64,000 nt of DNA from Candidatus Lustribacter sp. (GTDB lineage: Bacteria; Vulcanimicrobiota; Vulcanimicrobiia; Vulcanimicrobiales; Vulcanimicrobiaceae), in assembly GCA_965277805.1 (NCBI GenBank), contig OZ255842.1:3520001-3584000 (forward strand), given 5' to 3'. Both the position numbers and the translations under genes were made by a program. Within the stretch, counting starts at the first letter, position 1. Every line of letters begins with the position of its first letter. Positions 47,174 through 56,583 of the stretch are shown here, in pieces. The notes under the pieces were generated by a model. The model saw only the letters and a program-made list of their open reading frames with translations, was not told the DNA's origin and searched no databases.

Positions 47174-49187
47174 TCGCTCTTTCCACGTCCGCAAGGTTCG
47201 CGGCGGTGAACGGAACGCGCTGCGCGTAGGCGATGTTGCCGCTGCCGTCGGTCACCACGACGCCGGCGGTCTTCTTATCACCCGGCGGCACGAGCGTGAG
47301 CCAGCCCGTCCCATCGAACGTGACGAGCACGTTGGAGTTGATCTGATCCTTCGTACCGACCGCGGCGCCCTCGACCATCTGCCGGATGTGGCGGCGCGAG
47401 ATAAACGCCGTCTTCGCCGCAACGACCACGACGTACACCACGGCATCGTGCGCCAGATGATCCGCCAGCAGCCGGCGTGACCATGCCTTCAGGTCGGGTT
47501 CGGACTCCGGCGTGTAGGCGAGCAACAGCACGAGCGGTTTCCCCGCGGCATCGGTGGGCAGCACGACATGATTTCCGCCGAGCGCATCCGCTTCCAGACG
47601 CGGAAGGCTCGCGGCCGAGGCCGGTAACGCAACGGAACCGGCGAACGCGAACACGAGCACGGCGGCAATCGTGCGCGCCGCGCCGGCCGCCCGGCACAAG
47701 AACGGACACAAGAGCAGCGAGAGCGCGAGCAGCGCGCCGATCACGAACCAGGCTTCGTTGAAGGCAATGGTCGCCGCCGCGCGCGCGATGATCGGCTTGA
47801 CGAACGCGATATCGCCCGGATCCGCATGCGCGAGATTGACGCCCGCGAGCAAATCCTTCGGAATGCCGACGAACGCGGCGGTTGCAGCGCTGCCCTTCAC
47901 GAGGTCGGCCAGCAAGCGCGTGGCGATGGCCGGCGGGCGCAGGTTGACGATCGTGTCGACGACGCCGATGCCCACCGCGCCGCCCATGTTGCGCATGAAA
48001 TTCAGCAGCCCGCTCGCGTTCGAGAGCGCATCAGCCGGTAACTCGTCCAGCGCGACGTTCGTGATCGGAACGATGCAGAACAACAGCGCGGCGCCGCGCA
48101 GAATCTGCGGGACGAGGAGTCCGGCGAAGTCCGTCTTCGGCGTTTCAAATGCGTTGGCGAACGATCCCGCGGCAAAGAGGCCGAAGCCGATCGCCACGAC
48201 CCAGCGCGCAGGCAGCCGGCGGTCGGCCAGCGTCGCCAGCGGTGCGGCCAGTAACTGCGAGGCACCCATCACGGTGATGATCTCTCCGATCTCGAGCGGG
48301 GTATGAAAGCGCACGAAGCCCAAAAACAGCGGCAAGACGTAGAGCGAAGCGAACAGGGCGAAACCCAAAATGAAGTTGTAAGCGCAGGCGACGCAAAATC
48401 CCGGCACGCGCAGCGGGGCGAAGTCGACCAGCGCTTCGCCCGTGTTCGTGCAGCGGCGAATGAACAACGCGCCGGTGACCACGGTCAGTAGCAGCAAACC
48501 GATGTCGCGCGGGCTTGTCCAGCGATCCTCGGGACCGACCTTGAGCATGATCTGCAGCGCGGCCAGACACACGGTGAGCGCGGCGAACGCGACCGCATCG
48601 ATGCTGCGCCACGCCGTGCGGTCGGGGCGATCGACGTCGACGACTGCAGCGGTGATCGCCGCGATCGCGAGCCCGATCGGAATGTTGATGAAAAAGAGCC
48701 AGTTCCACGACAAGTTCTGGGCCACGTAGCCGCCGATGTACGGTCCCACCGACGGCGCCAACATCGCGAGCGCGCCGGCGACCAGGATCGCGCGGGCATG
48801 CAATGCTTTCGGGAACATCTTGTAGCCGGCGGCGAAGACCGTCGGCACCATCGTACCGGCGCACAGGCCCTGCAGCGTGCGGAAGACGATCAGCGTGACG
48901 TAGTCGTGCGCGAGGCCGCACCCGAGGCTCGTCACGACGAAGCCGAAGGCGGCGCCGGCGAAGAGCCAGCGAGTCGACATCGCGCGCGCGAGGCGGCCGC
49001 TGAGCGCGATCGCGATGACCTCGGTGATCAGATACGACGTCTGGATCCAGCTTAACTCGTCGAGCGGCGTATGCAGCGAGGTCGCGATCCGCGGCAGTGC
49101 GGCGGCGACGATTTGGATATCCAAGATGGCCATGAAGAGGCCCATGCACATCGTCGTGAAGCCGAGCCACAACCGGCGATCTTCCAT
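47166..49187 (-). CDS. DHA2/EmrB-type MFS transporter fused to a C-terminal thioredoxin-fold-like domain
   Basis: MAILDIQIV, WIQTSYL, WLFFINIPIG; tail of about 150 aa LPRLEADALGGNHVVLP.. preceded by a signal-like segment. Confidence 0.8.
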   Translation of the reverse strand: MEDRRLWLGFTTMCMGLFMAILDIQIVAAALPRIATSLHTPLDELSWIQTSYLITEVIAIALSGRLARAMSTRWLFAGAAFGFVVTSLGCGLAHDYVTLIVFRTLQGLCAGTMVPTVFAAGYKMFPKALHARAILVAGALAMLAPSVGPYIGGYVAQNLSWNWLFFINIPIGLAIAAITAAVVDVDRPDRTAWRSIDAVAFAALTVCLAALQIMLKVGPEDRWTSPRDIGLLLLTVVTGALFIRRCTNTGEALVDFAPLRVPGFCVACAYNFILGFALFASLYVLPLFLGFVRFHTPLEIGEIITVMGASQLLAAPLATLADRRLPARWVVAIGFGLFAAGSFANAFETPKTDFAGLLVPQILRGAALLFCIVPITNVALDELPADALSNASGLLNFMRNMGGAVGIGVVDTIVNLRPPAIATRLLADLVKGSAATAAFVGIPKDLLAGVNLAHADPGDIAFVKPIIARAAATIAFNEAWFVIGALLALSLLLCPFLCRAAGAARTIAAVLVFAFAGSVALPASAASLPRLEADALGGNHVVLPTDAAGKPLVLLLAYTPESEPDLKAWSRRLLADHLAHDAVVYVVVVAAKTAFISRRHIRQMVEGAAVGTKDQINSNVLVTFDGTGWLTLVPPGDKKTAGVVVTDGSGNIAYAQRVPFTAANLADVERAIR

Positions 49188-49304
49188 GTTCGGCGTTTCA
49201 CGTACGCGGCCTCGCAAGTCCTGGGCAATGCACTTTCAGTCTTTTTTCAAGCTGTTGCCGCTTTGCGGCATGAGCGCGCGAGGCCGGCGTTCAATGGCGC
49301 AAGC

Positions 49305-50066
49305 ATGAACTCGCTCGAAATCCAGCGCGATGGCGAGATCGCGATCGTTCACCTCGCGCGCGTGGCCAAACGCAACGCCCTCGACGACGAGACCGTGCAC
49401 GGCATCGAGCAATTCTTCAGCGAGCCGGGCGAGGGTGTGCGGGCGGTCGTGATTTCGGCGCGCGGCGAGCATTTTTCGGCCGGGCTCGATCTCTCGTCGC
49501 TGACCGATACCAACCCGCTCGATTCGCTGCGCCGCTCGCAGCTCTGGTATCGCGCGTTCGAACGCATCGAATTCGGCAACGTGCCCGTGGTCGCGGCGCT
49601 GCACGGCGCCGTTATCGGCGGCGGCCTCGAGATGGCGGCCGCCGCCCATATCCGCGTCGCCGATGCGACGACGTACTATGCGCTGCCCGAAGCGCAGCGC
49701 GGCATCTTCGTCGGCGGCGGCGGCTCGGTTCGCATCTCGCGCATCATCGGGCCGCATCGCATGATGGATCTGATGTTCACCGGCCGCATCTACAGCGCGC
49801 AGGAAGGACACACGCTGGGGCTGAGCCAGTACCTCGTCGAGGCGGGCGAAGCCGAAGCGAAAGCGATCGCGCTGGCCAAGCAGATCGCGACCGTGCCGCC
49901 GCTGAGCGCTTACGGCATCATGCACGCCGTACCGCGCAACGCCGAAGCCGACCCCGCGACCGGCTACGTGCTCGAAGGCCTGATGGCGGCCATGGCGGCG
50001 GGCGATCCGGTGGCGCAAGAACGCATCGCCGCCTTTCTCGCCGGGCGCGCCGCGAAGGTCAAGTGA
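49305..50066 (+). CDS. Enoyl-CoA hydratase/crotonase family protein
   Basis: FSAGLDL, GGGLE, LPEAQRG. Confidence 0.88.
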   Translation: MNSLEIQRDGEIAIVHLARVAKRNALDDETVHGIEQFFSEPGEGVRAVVISARGEHFSAGLDLSSLTDTNPLDSLRRSQLWYRAFERIEFGNVPVVAALHGAVIGGGLEMAAAAHIRVADATTYYALPEAQRGIFVGGGGSVRISRIIGPHRMMDLMFTGRIYSAQEGHTLGLSQYLVEAGEAEAKAIALAKQIATVPPLSAYGIMHAVPRNAEADPATGYVLEGLMAAMAAGDPVAQERIAAFLAGRAAKVK

Positions 50067-51847
50067 GTCAGCGGCGCGTCAACCTCGGACCGCACGATCT
50101 CGCGGTGACGCCGCTGCGAGGCGGCGGCTATCACGTGGTCTCGCCGCACGCACTGCAACCGTATCCGCGCACGATGACCGACCGCCTCGAGCGCTGGGCC
50201 GCCGAGCGGCCGCAGCAGGTCTACCTAGCCGAACGCGACGGCGACGGCTGGCGCACGCTCACATACGCTGCCGCGCTCGATGCGACGCGCCGCATCGCGC
50301 AAGCGCTGCTCGATCGTGGTTGCACGGCCAGCGCCGGCGTTGCGATCCTCTCCGAAAACGGGATCGATCACGCGCTGCTCGCGCTGGCGACGCAATATGT
50401 CGGAATCCCTTACGTGCCGGTGTCGCCGCCGTACTCACTGCTCTCCACCGATTTTGCGAAGCTCCGCCACGTGCTTTCGGTGTTTGGTCCGGGCTTGATC
50501 TACGCACGTGACGAGCGCTATGCACGCGTGTTCGCAAGCGACGTCATCGCGCCCGGCCTTCCGGTGGTCGTGTCGGACGGCGCGATCGCCGGCCGCGCGA
50601 GCGAACGGTTCGCGCAGCTGCTCGAAGCGAACGTTTCGCCGGCCGTGGCCGAGGCCAACGCGCTGGTCACGAACGACACGGTCGCGAAGATTCTCTTCAC
50701 CTCGGGCTCGACCGGACTGCCGAAGGGCGTGATCAACACGCAGCGTATGCTGTGTTCGAACCAGCAGATGAACGTGCAAGCGTTTCCGTTCTTCGCCGAA
50801 GAGATGGTGATGCTCGACTGGTCCCCGTGGAATCACACGGCCGGCTCCAATCAGGTTTTCAACATGGTGCTCTTCAACGGCGGCACGCTCTACATCGACG
50901 ACGGCAAGCCGACGCCGGCCGAGTTCGGCAAGTCGCTGCGCAATTTACGCGACGTGTCACCGACCGTGTACTTCAACGTGCCGCGCGGCTACGAAGAGCT
51001 CGCCAAGGTGCTCGATGACGACGCCGAACTGCGCGCGACGTTCTTCCGCAAACTCAAGATGATGTGGTATGCGGGCGCCGCGCTCTCGGGACCGGTGTTC
51101 GAACACATGCGGCAGCTCGGAATCCGGGCCTGCGGCGAAGAGATCATGATGACCAGCGGCATCGGGTCGACGGAAACCGCGCCGTCGGCGACCTTCGCGA
51201 ACTGGTATTCGCACGTGAGCGGCAACATCGGCGTGCCGTTGCCCGGCCTCGAGATAAAGCTCGTTCCGGCGGGTGCAAAACTCGAAATGCGCTTGCGCGG
51301 CCCGAGCATCACGCCCGGCTATCTGCACCGCGACGATCTCACACGCGCGGCGTTCGATGAGGACGGTTACTACAAGATGGGCGACGGGCTCAAACCGGTC
51401 GATCCCGACGATTTCAGCGCGGGCTTTCTCTTCGATGGGCGCATCGGCGAGGACTTCAAGCTTTCCACCGGTACGTGGGTGAGCGTCGGGCCGTTGCGCA
51501 CGGCGCTGCTCGCGCAGCTTGCACCGGCGGTGAAAGATCTCGTGATCTGCGGACAGGACCAACCCTATCTCGCATTGCTCCTAATCGCCGACGCGGGGGT
51601 CGATCCGGTCGATCCGGCGGTGCGCGCGTTCGTGCTCGAGCGGCTCGCGGCGATCGCCGCAGCCAATCCCGGCAGCTCGACCCACGCCGCACGTGCCATC
51701 TTCCTCGACCAGCCGCCGTCCATCGACGCCGGCGAGATCACCGACAAAGGCTCGCTCAACGATGCTATCATTCGCGAACGGCGCCGTGAATTTGTCGAAC
51801 ACCTCTACTCTAGCTTGGAGCATCCGCTCGTGATTGCAATCGCCTGA
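50063..51847 (+). CDS. fcs: Feruloyl-CoA synthetase-like acyl-CoA ligase
   Basis: FTSGSTGLPKGVINTQRM, LYIDDGKP, FDGRIGEDFKL. Confidence 0.8.
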   Translation: MSQRRVNLGPHDLAVTPLRGGGYHVVSPHALQPYPRTMTDRLERWAAERPQQVYLAERDGDGWRTLTYAAALDATRRIAQALLDRGCTASAGVAILSENGIDHALLALATQYVGIPYVPVSPPYSLLSTDFAKLRHVLSVFGPGLIYARDERYARVFASDVIAPGLPVVVSDGAIAGRASERFAQLLEANVSPAVAEANALVTNDTVAKILFTSGSTGLPKGVINTQRMLCSNQQMNVQAFPFFAEEMVMLDWSPWNHTAGSNQVFNMVLFNGGTLYIDDGKPTPAEFGKSLRNLRDVSPTVYFNVPRGYEELAKVLDDDAELRATFFRKLKMMWYAGAALSGPVFEHMRQLGIRACGEEIMMTSGIGSTETAPSATFANWYSHVSGNIGVPLPGLEIKLVPAGAKLEMRLRGPSITPGYLHRDDLTRAAFDEDGYYKMGDGLKPVDPDDFSAGFLFDGRIGEDFKLSTGTWVSVGPLRTALLAQLAPAVKDLVICGQDQPYLALLLIADAGVDPVDPAVRAFVLERLAAIAAANPGSSTHAARAIFLDQPPSIDAGEITDKGSLNDAIIRERRREFVEHLYSSLEHPLVIAIA

Positions 51848-52605
51848 TGAACGTCCACAACCACGCGGCCATCATTACCGGCGGTGCCTCCGGACTCGGT
51901 GCCGCAACGGCCCGGGCGCTCGCCGGACGCGGCGCGCGCGTTACGATCCTCGACCGCAACCTCGAGGGCGCGCGTGCGATCGCCGACGAGATCGGCGGGA
52001 TCGCAGCCAAGTGCGACGTCACGAACGAAGCGGCGGTGCTCGCCGGAATCGCGCTCTCGCGCGAGGCACATGGCCCGCTGCGCATCGTCGTGCATTGTGC
52101 CGGCGTCGCCACCGCCGCCCGCATCGTCGGCCGCGACGGCCCGATGTCACAAGACGCTTTCGAGCGCAACGTCGGCGTGAATTTGTTCGGCACGTTCAAC
52201 GTCATGCGGCTGACCGCACGCGAGATGTCGCTCACCGAACCCGTCGGCGAAGAGCGCGGCGTATTCATCGCGACCGCGTCGGTCGCAGCATTTGAAGGCC
52301 AGCTCGGTCAGGCGGCCTACGCCGCAGCGAAGGGCGGGATCGTCGCGCTCGTCTTACCGGCCGCGCGCGAGTTCGCGCAGTTCGGCATCCGCGTGATGGC
52401 GATCGCGCCGGGATTTTTCGAAACGCCGCTGATGAACGCGCTGCCGCCCGAAGCCGTGCAGAAACTCGTGCGCGAGATCCCGTTCCCCGCCCGCTTCGGC
52501 AAACCCGAAGAGTACGCGCACCTCGCGCTCGCAATCATCGAAAACCCCTCGCTCAACGGCGAAACAATCCGCCTAGACGGCGCCCTCCGCCTCCCCCCAA
52601 AATAA
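51847..52605 (+). CDS. SDR (type II 3-hydroxyacyl-CoA dehydrogenase-like)
   Basis: TGGASGLG, YAAAKGG, IRLDGALR. Confidence 0.88.
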   Translation: MNVHNHAAIITGGASGLGAATARALAGRGARVTILDRNLEGARAIADEIGGIAAKCDVTNEAAVLAGIALSREAHGPLRIVVHCAGVATAARIVGRDGPMSQDAFERNVGVNLFGTFNVMRLTAREMSLTEPVGEERGVFIATASVAAFEGQLGQAAYAAAKGGIVALVLPAAREFAQFGIRVMAIAPGFFETPLMNALPPEAVQKLVREIPFPARFGKPEEYAHLALAIIENPSLNGETIRLDGALRLPPK

Positions 52606-52616
52606 CCTACCCCCCC

Positions 52617-52740
52617 GTCATTCCGAGCGGAGCGCGAAGGCGCGCAGACGAGGAACCCGAGAGCATCTTTCTTATTCGCGCGGCGACCGCGAAGGCGGGA
52701 GCAGTGCGGCACGCACCTGCGGTGCTTCGCTCGGGATGAC
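52617..52740. repeat. REP/MITE-like palindromic element between convergent genes
   Basis: Terminal inverted repeats gtcattccgagcg...cgctcgggatgac; end shared with the 31-bp repeat. Confidence 0.7.
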
Positions 52741-52749
52741 AGTGGGGGG

Positions 52750-53604
52750 TTATTCGAGGCCGAAGAGGCGGACGGCGTTTTCTTTTAGGATGAGGGGGCG
52801 GACGTCGTCTTTGATTGGGAGCTGGGCGAAGTCGCGCAGCCAGCGGTCGGGGGTGAGTACCGGATAGTCGGAGCCAAAGAGCATCTTGTGCTTGAGCTGC
52901 GTGTTTGCGTACTGCACGAGGTTGGCCGGAAAGTATTTCGGTGACCAGCCCGAGAGATCGATGTAGACCTGCGGTTTGTGCAGGCAGACCGAGAGCGCTT
53001 CATCTTGCCACGGGAACGACGGGTGCGCGATGATGATCGGCATGTCGGGGAAATCGACCGCGACATCGTCGAGCAGCATCGGGTTGCCGTATTTCAACCG
53101 AATGCCGCCGCCGCCGCGCATCCCCGTGCCCATGCCGCTATGGCCGCTGTGCACGATGATCGGTAGCTTCGCCGCCTCGATCACTTCGTAGAACGGATAG
53201 AACGCCGGGTCGTTCGCGTAGAAGGCTTGGGTTTGCGGGTGCAGCTTGAAGCCGCGCACTTGGCCGGTTTCGATCAGCCGTTCGGCCTCGCGCACGCCGG
53301 CGGTTCCACGTGTGGGATCGACGCTGACGAACGGGATCACGATGTCGTCGTTGCGTTCGGCGAAGGCCAGGACTTCGTCGTTGGTGACGTGGGCGCGCGT
53401 CTGATTCTTGCCGTCGACCGTGAACACGACGCACGCCATGCGCCGCTCGCGATAGTAGTTCGCCATCTCATCGAGCGTCGCAGGCGCCTTGACGTCGCCG
53501 AAATACTTCGTGGCTTGCACGAGCATCGGGTCTTCTTCCGCAGCACCCGGCGCCCACGCGTGCACGTGAACGTCGATCGCGTCGATCTGGGCGAGATCGA
53601 TCAC
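52750..53604 (-). CDS. Amidohydrolase (CouO-like beta-ketoacyl-CoA hydrolase)
   Basis: IDVHVH, AHPSFPWQDE, DLSGWSPKYF, FGSDYP. Confidence 0.8.
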   Translation of the reverse strand: MIDLAQIDAIDVHVHAWAPGAAEEDPMLVQATKYFGDVKAPATLDEMANYYRERRMACVVFTVDGKNQTRAHVTNDEVLAFAERNDDIVIPFVSVDPTRGTAGVREAERLIETGQVRGFKLHPQTQAFYANDPAFYPFYEVIEAAKLPIIVHSGHSGMGTGMRGGGGIRLKYGNPMLLDDVAVDFPDMPIIIAHPSFPWQDEALSVCLHKPQVYIDLSGWSPKYFPANLVQYANTQLKHKMLFGSDYPVLTPDRWLRDFAQLPIKDDVRPLILKENAVRLFGLE

Positions 53605-54596
53605 GGCTTCGGCTCGTGCGCGAGCTTGTCGGGCGTGACCGTACTGAGGATTTGCCGCACCGGCGTGCCTCCAAGCCACCCTTCGATGTCTTCCAGCATC
53701 TGGCTGTAGAACACGGCGTAGCTCGCCTTCGAGACGTAACCGATGTGCGGCGTGAGCACCGTGTTCGGCAAGCGGCGCAACGGATGATCGGCCGGCAACG
53801 GCTCGACGTCAAACACGTCGAGTCCCGCGCCGGCGATGCGTTTCTGCTGCAGCGCGTCGATCAGCGTGGCCTCGTCGACGATCGGGCCGCGTGAGGTGTT
53901 GATCAGGTACGCCGTCGGCTTCATCAGCGCGAGTTCGCGCTTACCGAGCAGCCCGCGCGAGCGGTCGCCGAGCACGAGATGGATGCTGACGTAATCGGCT
54001 TGCGCCAGGAGCTCGTCGCGCGTGACGAGCTTCGCGCCCGCGGCCGTCGCGCGTTCGGCCGTCATATTGCTGCTCCACGCGATCACGTTCATGTCGAATG
54101 CCGCCGCGGCGCGCGCAACCTTGCCGCCGACGCGGCCGAGCCCGATGAGGCCCAATGTCTTGCCGGCGAGCTCATCGCCGACCCCGGTTTGCCAGCGGCC
54201 TTCGCGAACGTCGCGGTCGACGACCGTGATCTGCTGGGCGAGGGCAAAGATCAATGCCCACGTGACTTGCGCGGTTCCCCCGCCGCCGGTTTGCGTTCCG
54301 CAGACCACGATGCCGCGTTCTTCGCACGCCGCGAGATCGACCGACGCGTTCCACATGCCGCTGGTCGTGATGAGTTTGAGGTTCGGCAACCGTTCGAGCA
54401 CGCGGCGCGGAAACGGCGTGCGCTCGCGCATCAGCACCACGGCATCGAACGGCTCCAGCCGTTTGACCAAGACGTCTTCATCAGCAAGATGGTCGGTGAA
54501 GACCGTGACGTCGGCACGCCCCTTGAGGCGGTCCCAATCGGCGTACGTCAGGGCGACGTTTTGGTAATCATCGAGAATCGCGATGCGTGTACTCAT
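53601..54596 (-). CDS. D-2-hydroxyacid dehydrogenase family protein
   Basis: AILDDYQ, GLGRVG, INTSRG, TPHIGY. Confidence 0.9.
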   Translation of the reverse strand: MSTRIAILDDYQNVALTYADWDRLKGRADVTVFTDHLADEDVLVKRLEPFDAVVLMRERTPFPRRVLERLPNLKLITTSGMWNASVDLAACEERGIVVCGTQTGGGGTAQVTWALIFALAQQITVVDRDVREGRWQTGVGDELAGKTLGLIGLGRVGGKVARAAAAFDMNVIAWSSNMTAERATAAGAKLVTRDELLAQADYVSIHLVLGDRSRGLLGKRELALMKPTAYLINTSRGPIVDEATLIDALQQKRIAGAGLDVFDVEPLPADHPLRRLPNTVLTPHIGYVSKASYAVFYSQMLEDIEGWLGGTPVRQILSTVTPDKLAHEPKP

Positions 54597-54627
54597 GTGG
54601 CGGTCCCTCGACAAGCTCGGGATGACA
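54597..54627. repeat. REP-like interspersed element, identical to 5139..5169
   Basis: gtggcggtccctcgacaagctcgggatgaca. Confidence 0.85.
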
Positions 54628-54633
54628 TTCTCA

Positions 54634-56583
54634 TCAGCGGAGGTGGGGGACGTTCGAGGGGTAGATGGGGCGGTTGATGATCGTTTGCAGCACTTCGGGT
54701 TGGGCTTTGAGCACGAGTTCACAGAATGCCTTGAAGCTCTCGCGTTCGGCTTCGCCTTCGGCGAAGCGCTCGTTTTGGGTGAGATCTACTTTCCCGTCGA
54801 CTTCGAGAAAACGCACGTAGCGGCCGTCGTCGTCTTCGCCGAGTTCGAGCAGTCCCGCATCGGCGAAGATGCGCACGGCAGACCCGATCGTCTTGTCCGC
54901 AACCTTATCGCCGAGGTCGATCGCTGAGGCGATGTCCGCGTACGTCATCCGGATCGTGCCGGCGGCCGCGATTTTCTTCATCTCGCGGTAGATGTTGCGC
55001 AGGGTGTGCAAGGTCGGCGCGTCGCGTTCGAGGATGAAGTCGTTGATGTTGCGGTCGCGCTCGCCGAAGAGCAGGTGGATGTGCGCCGCTTCGCCGTCGC
55101 GGCCGGCACGGCCCGACTGCTGGTTGAACTCGGTGTGATCGAAGTTGAGGTGATAGAGAAACACGTCGCGCACGTCGGGCAGGTCGACGCCTTCGCCGAA
55201 CGCCGACGTTGCCACGATCACGCGAATCGTACCGGCGCGAAAGAACTGCTCGACTTGCAAACGCTCGGCCGAACCGACGCCCGCGTGATAGAACGCCACG
55301 ATATCGCCGAGATTGGTACGCAGCTTCTCGGCCACTTTGGTCGCCTCGGTACGCGAGTTGCAGTACACGATCGCCTTGCCCTCGGGATCGATGTTACGGC
55401 GGATGTAGTCGACCTTGTTGGTGATGCCGCGCGCTTCGGTTACCGTAAGGTTCTCGCGGATCGTCGGATCGATCACCCACGCCTCGATCTCGAGCTCGCG
55501 CCGGATGCCCGCGAACACCTCGTCATCGGCGGTGGCCGTCAGGGCCAGCACCTTCGGCGAACCGAGTTTCCGAATGACGTCGGCCACGCGGCGGTACGCC
55601 GGCCGGTGCGTGCTCTCGATCAGATGATGCGCTTCGTCAACGACCACCAGCGACGGCCGGCTTTTCTCGTTGTCAAAGCGATCGGCGTGGAAGTGCATGA
55701 ACTCGGGCGTCGTGCAGATGATATCCCAGCCGCCCGTTTCGAGCGCGTTCATCAGCGCCGCGCGTTCGGCGGCGTCGATCGCACCGTTGGCGCGCAGGAT
55801 GCGCACCCCGAGCGGCTCGAGCCGGCGCACCAGCGCCTCATATTGATCGTTCGCCAACGCGCGCAACGGATAGAGTACGACCGTCTTCGCGCCACGCTCG
55901 AGCGCGCCGGTGGCCGCGGGCAGCTGAAAGCACAGCGACTTGCCGCGGCCCGTGCCCATCACCGCGAGCGTGTTCTTACCGGCCGTCACCCGTTCGATCA
56001 CGGCGCGCTGCGCGTCGCGCAACGGCCGATCGCCGAGCAGCGCCCGCTGTACGTCGGCGGCCTGCGCTCGCACGCCGGTCTTTTCCGGCGCAACGACGAC
56101 GCGTTCGCGCGACACCCAAATGTTCACGCCGACGCTGCGCGTGCCGCCGCCGGTAATGTGACGAACCTCGGCCCGATAGCGTTCGCCCGCATCGATGTTC
56201 GGCGCGATCCGCGCCGCAATCGGCTTGCGCACGAAGCCGAGCTGCAAGCGCCCGAAGTGCACGGCCACGGCGTTCGCATCGAACTGGTTCTCGGGCTGCC
56301 GGACGAGCTCGAGCTCCTGGCCCGGCTGCAAGCCGGCGATCAAGTCTTGCCGGCCCTCGAAGGTGACGCCGACGATCTTCGTGTTGAAACCGAACGAATC
56401 GCCGATCGACGCGTACGGATCGCGATCAAGGAACTCATCGCGCTTGGCGTAGAGCTCGTCGAGAAAGGCCGTCGCGGGCGACTCGACGCGCGGTTTACCG
56501 AACGACCCGATCAGCCGTTCGAACGCCGCCTCCGAGGGTGTCGGAGGCGGCAGCGGCGCGTCAGTTCTTGTGCGGGGTTTCAT
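54634..56583 (-). CDS. HIRAN domain fused to RecQ-like SF2 helicase
   Basis: KIVGVTFEGRQ..RQPENQFDANAV..LGFV; GTGRGKS, DEAH, TAT, QQSGRAGRDG. Confidence 0.85.
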   Translation of the reverse strand: MKPRTRTDAPLPPPTPSEAAFERLIGSFGKPRVESPATAFLDELYAKRDEFLDRDPYASIGDSFGFNTKIVGVTFEGRQDLIAGLQPGQELELVRQPENQFDANAVAVHFGRLQLGFVRKPIAARIAPNIDAGERYRAEVRHITGGGTRSVGVNIWVSRERVVVAPEKTGVRAQAADVQRALLGDRPLRDAQRAVIERVTAGKNTLAVMGTGRGKSLCFQLPAATGALERGAKTVVLYPLRALANDQYEALVRRLEPLGVRILRANGAIDAAERAALMNALETGGWDIICTTPEFMHFHADRFDNEKSRPSLVVVDEAHHLIESTHRPAYRRVADVIRKLGSPKVLALTATADDEVFAGIRRELEIEAWVIDPTIRENLTVTEARGITNKVDYIRRNIDPEGKAIVYCNSRTEATKVAEKLRTNLGDIVAFYHAGVGSAERLQVEQFFRAGTIRVIVATSAFGEGVDLPDVRDVFLYHLNFDHTEFNQQSGRAGRDGEAAHIHLLFGERDRNINDFILERDAPTLHTLRNIYREMKKIAAAGTIRMTYADIASAIDLGDKVADKTIGSAVRIFADAGLLELGEDDDGRYVRFLEVDGKVDLTQNERFAEGEAERESFKAFCELVLKAQPEVLQTIINRPIYPSNVPHLR

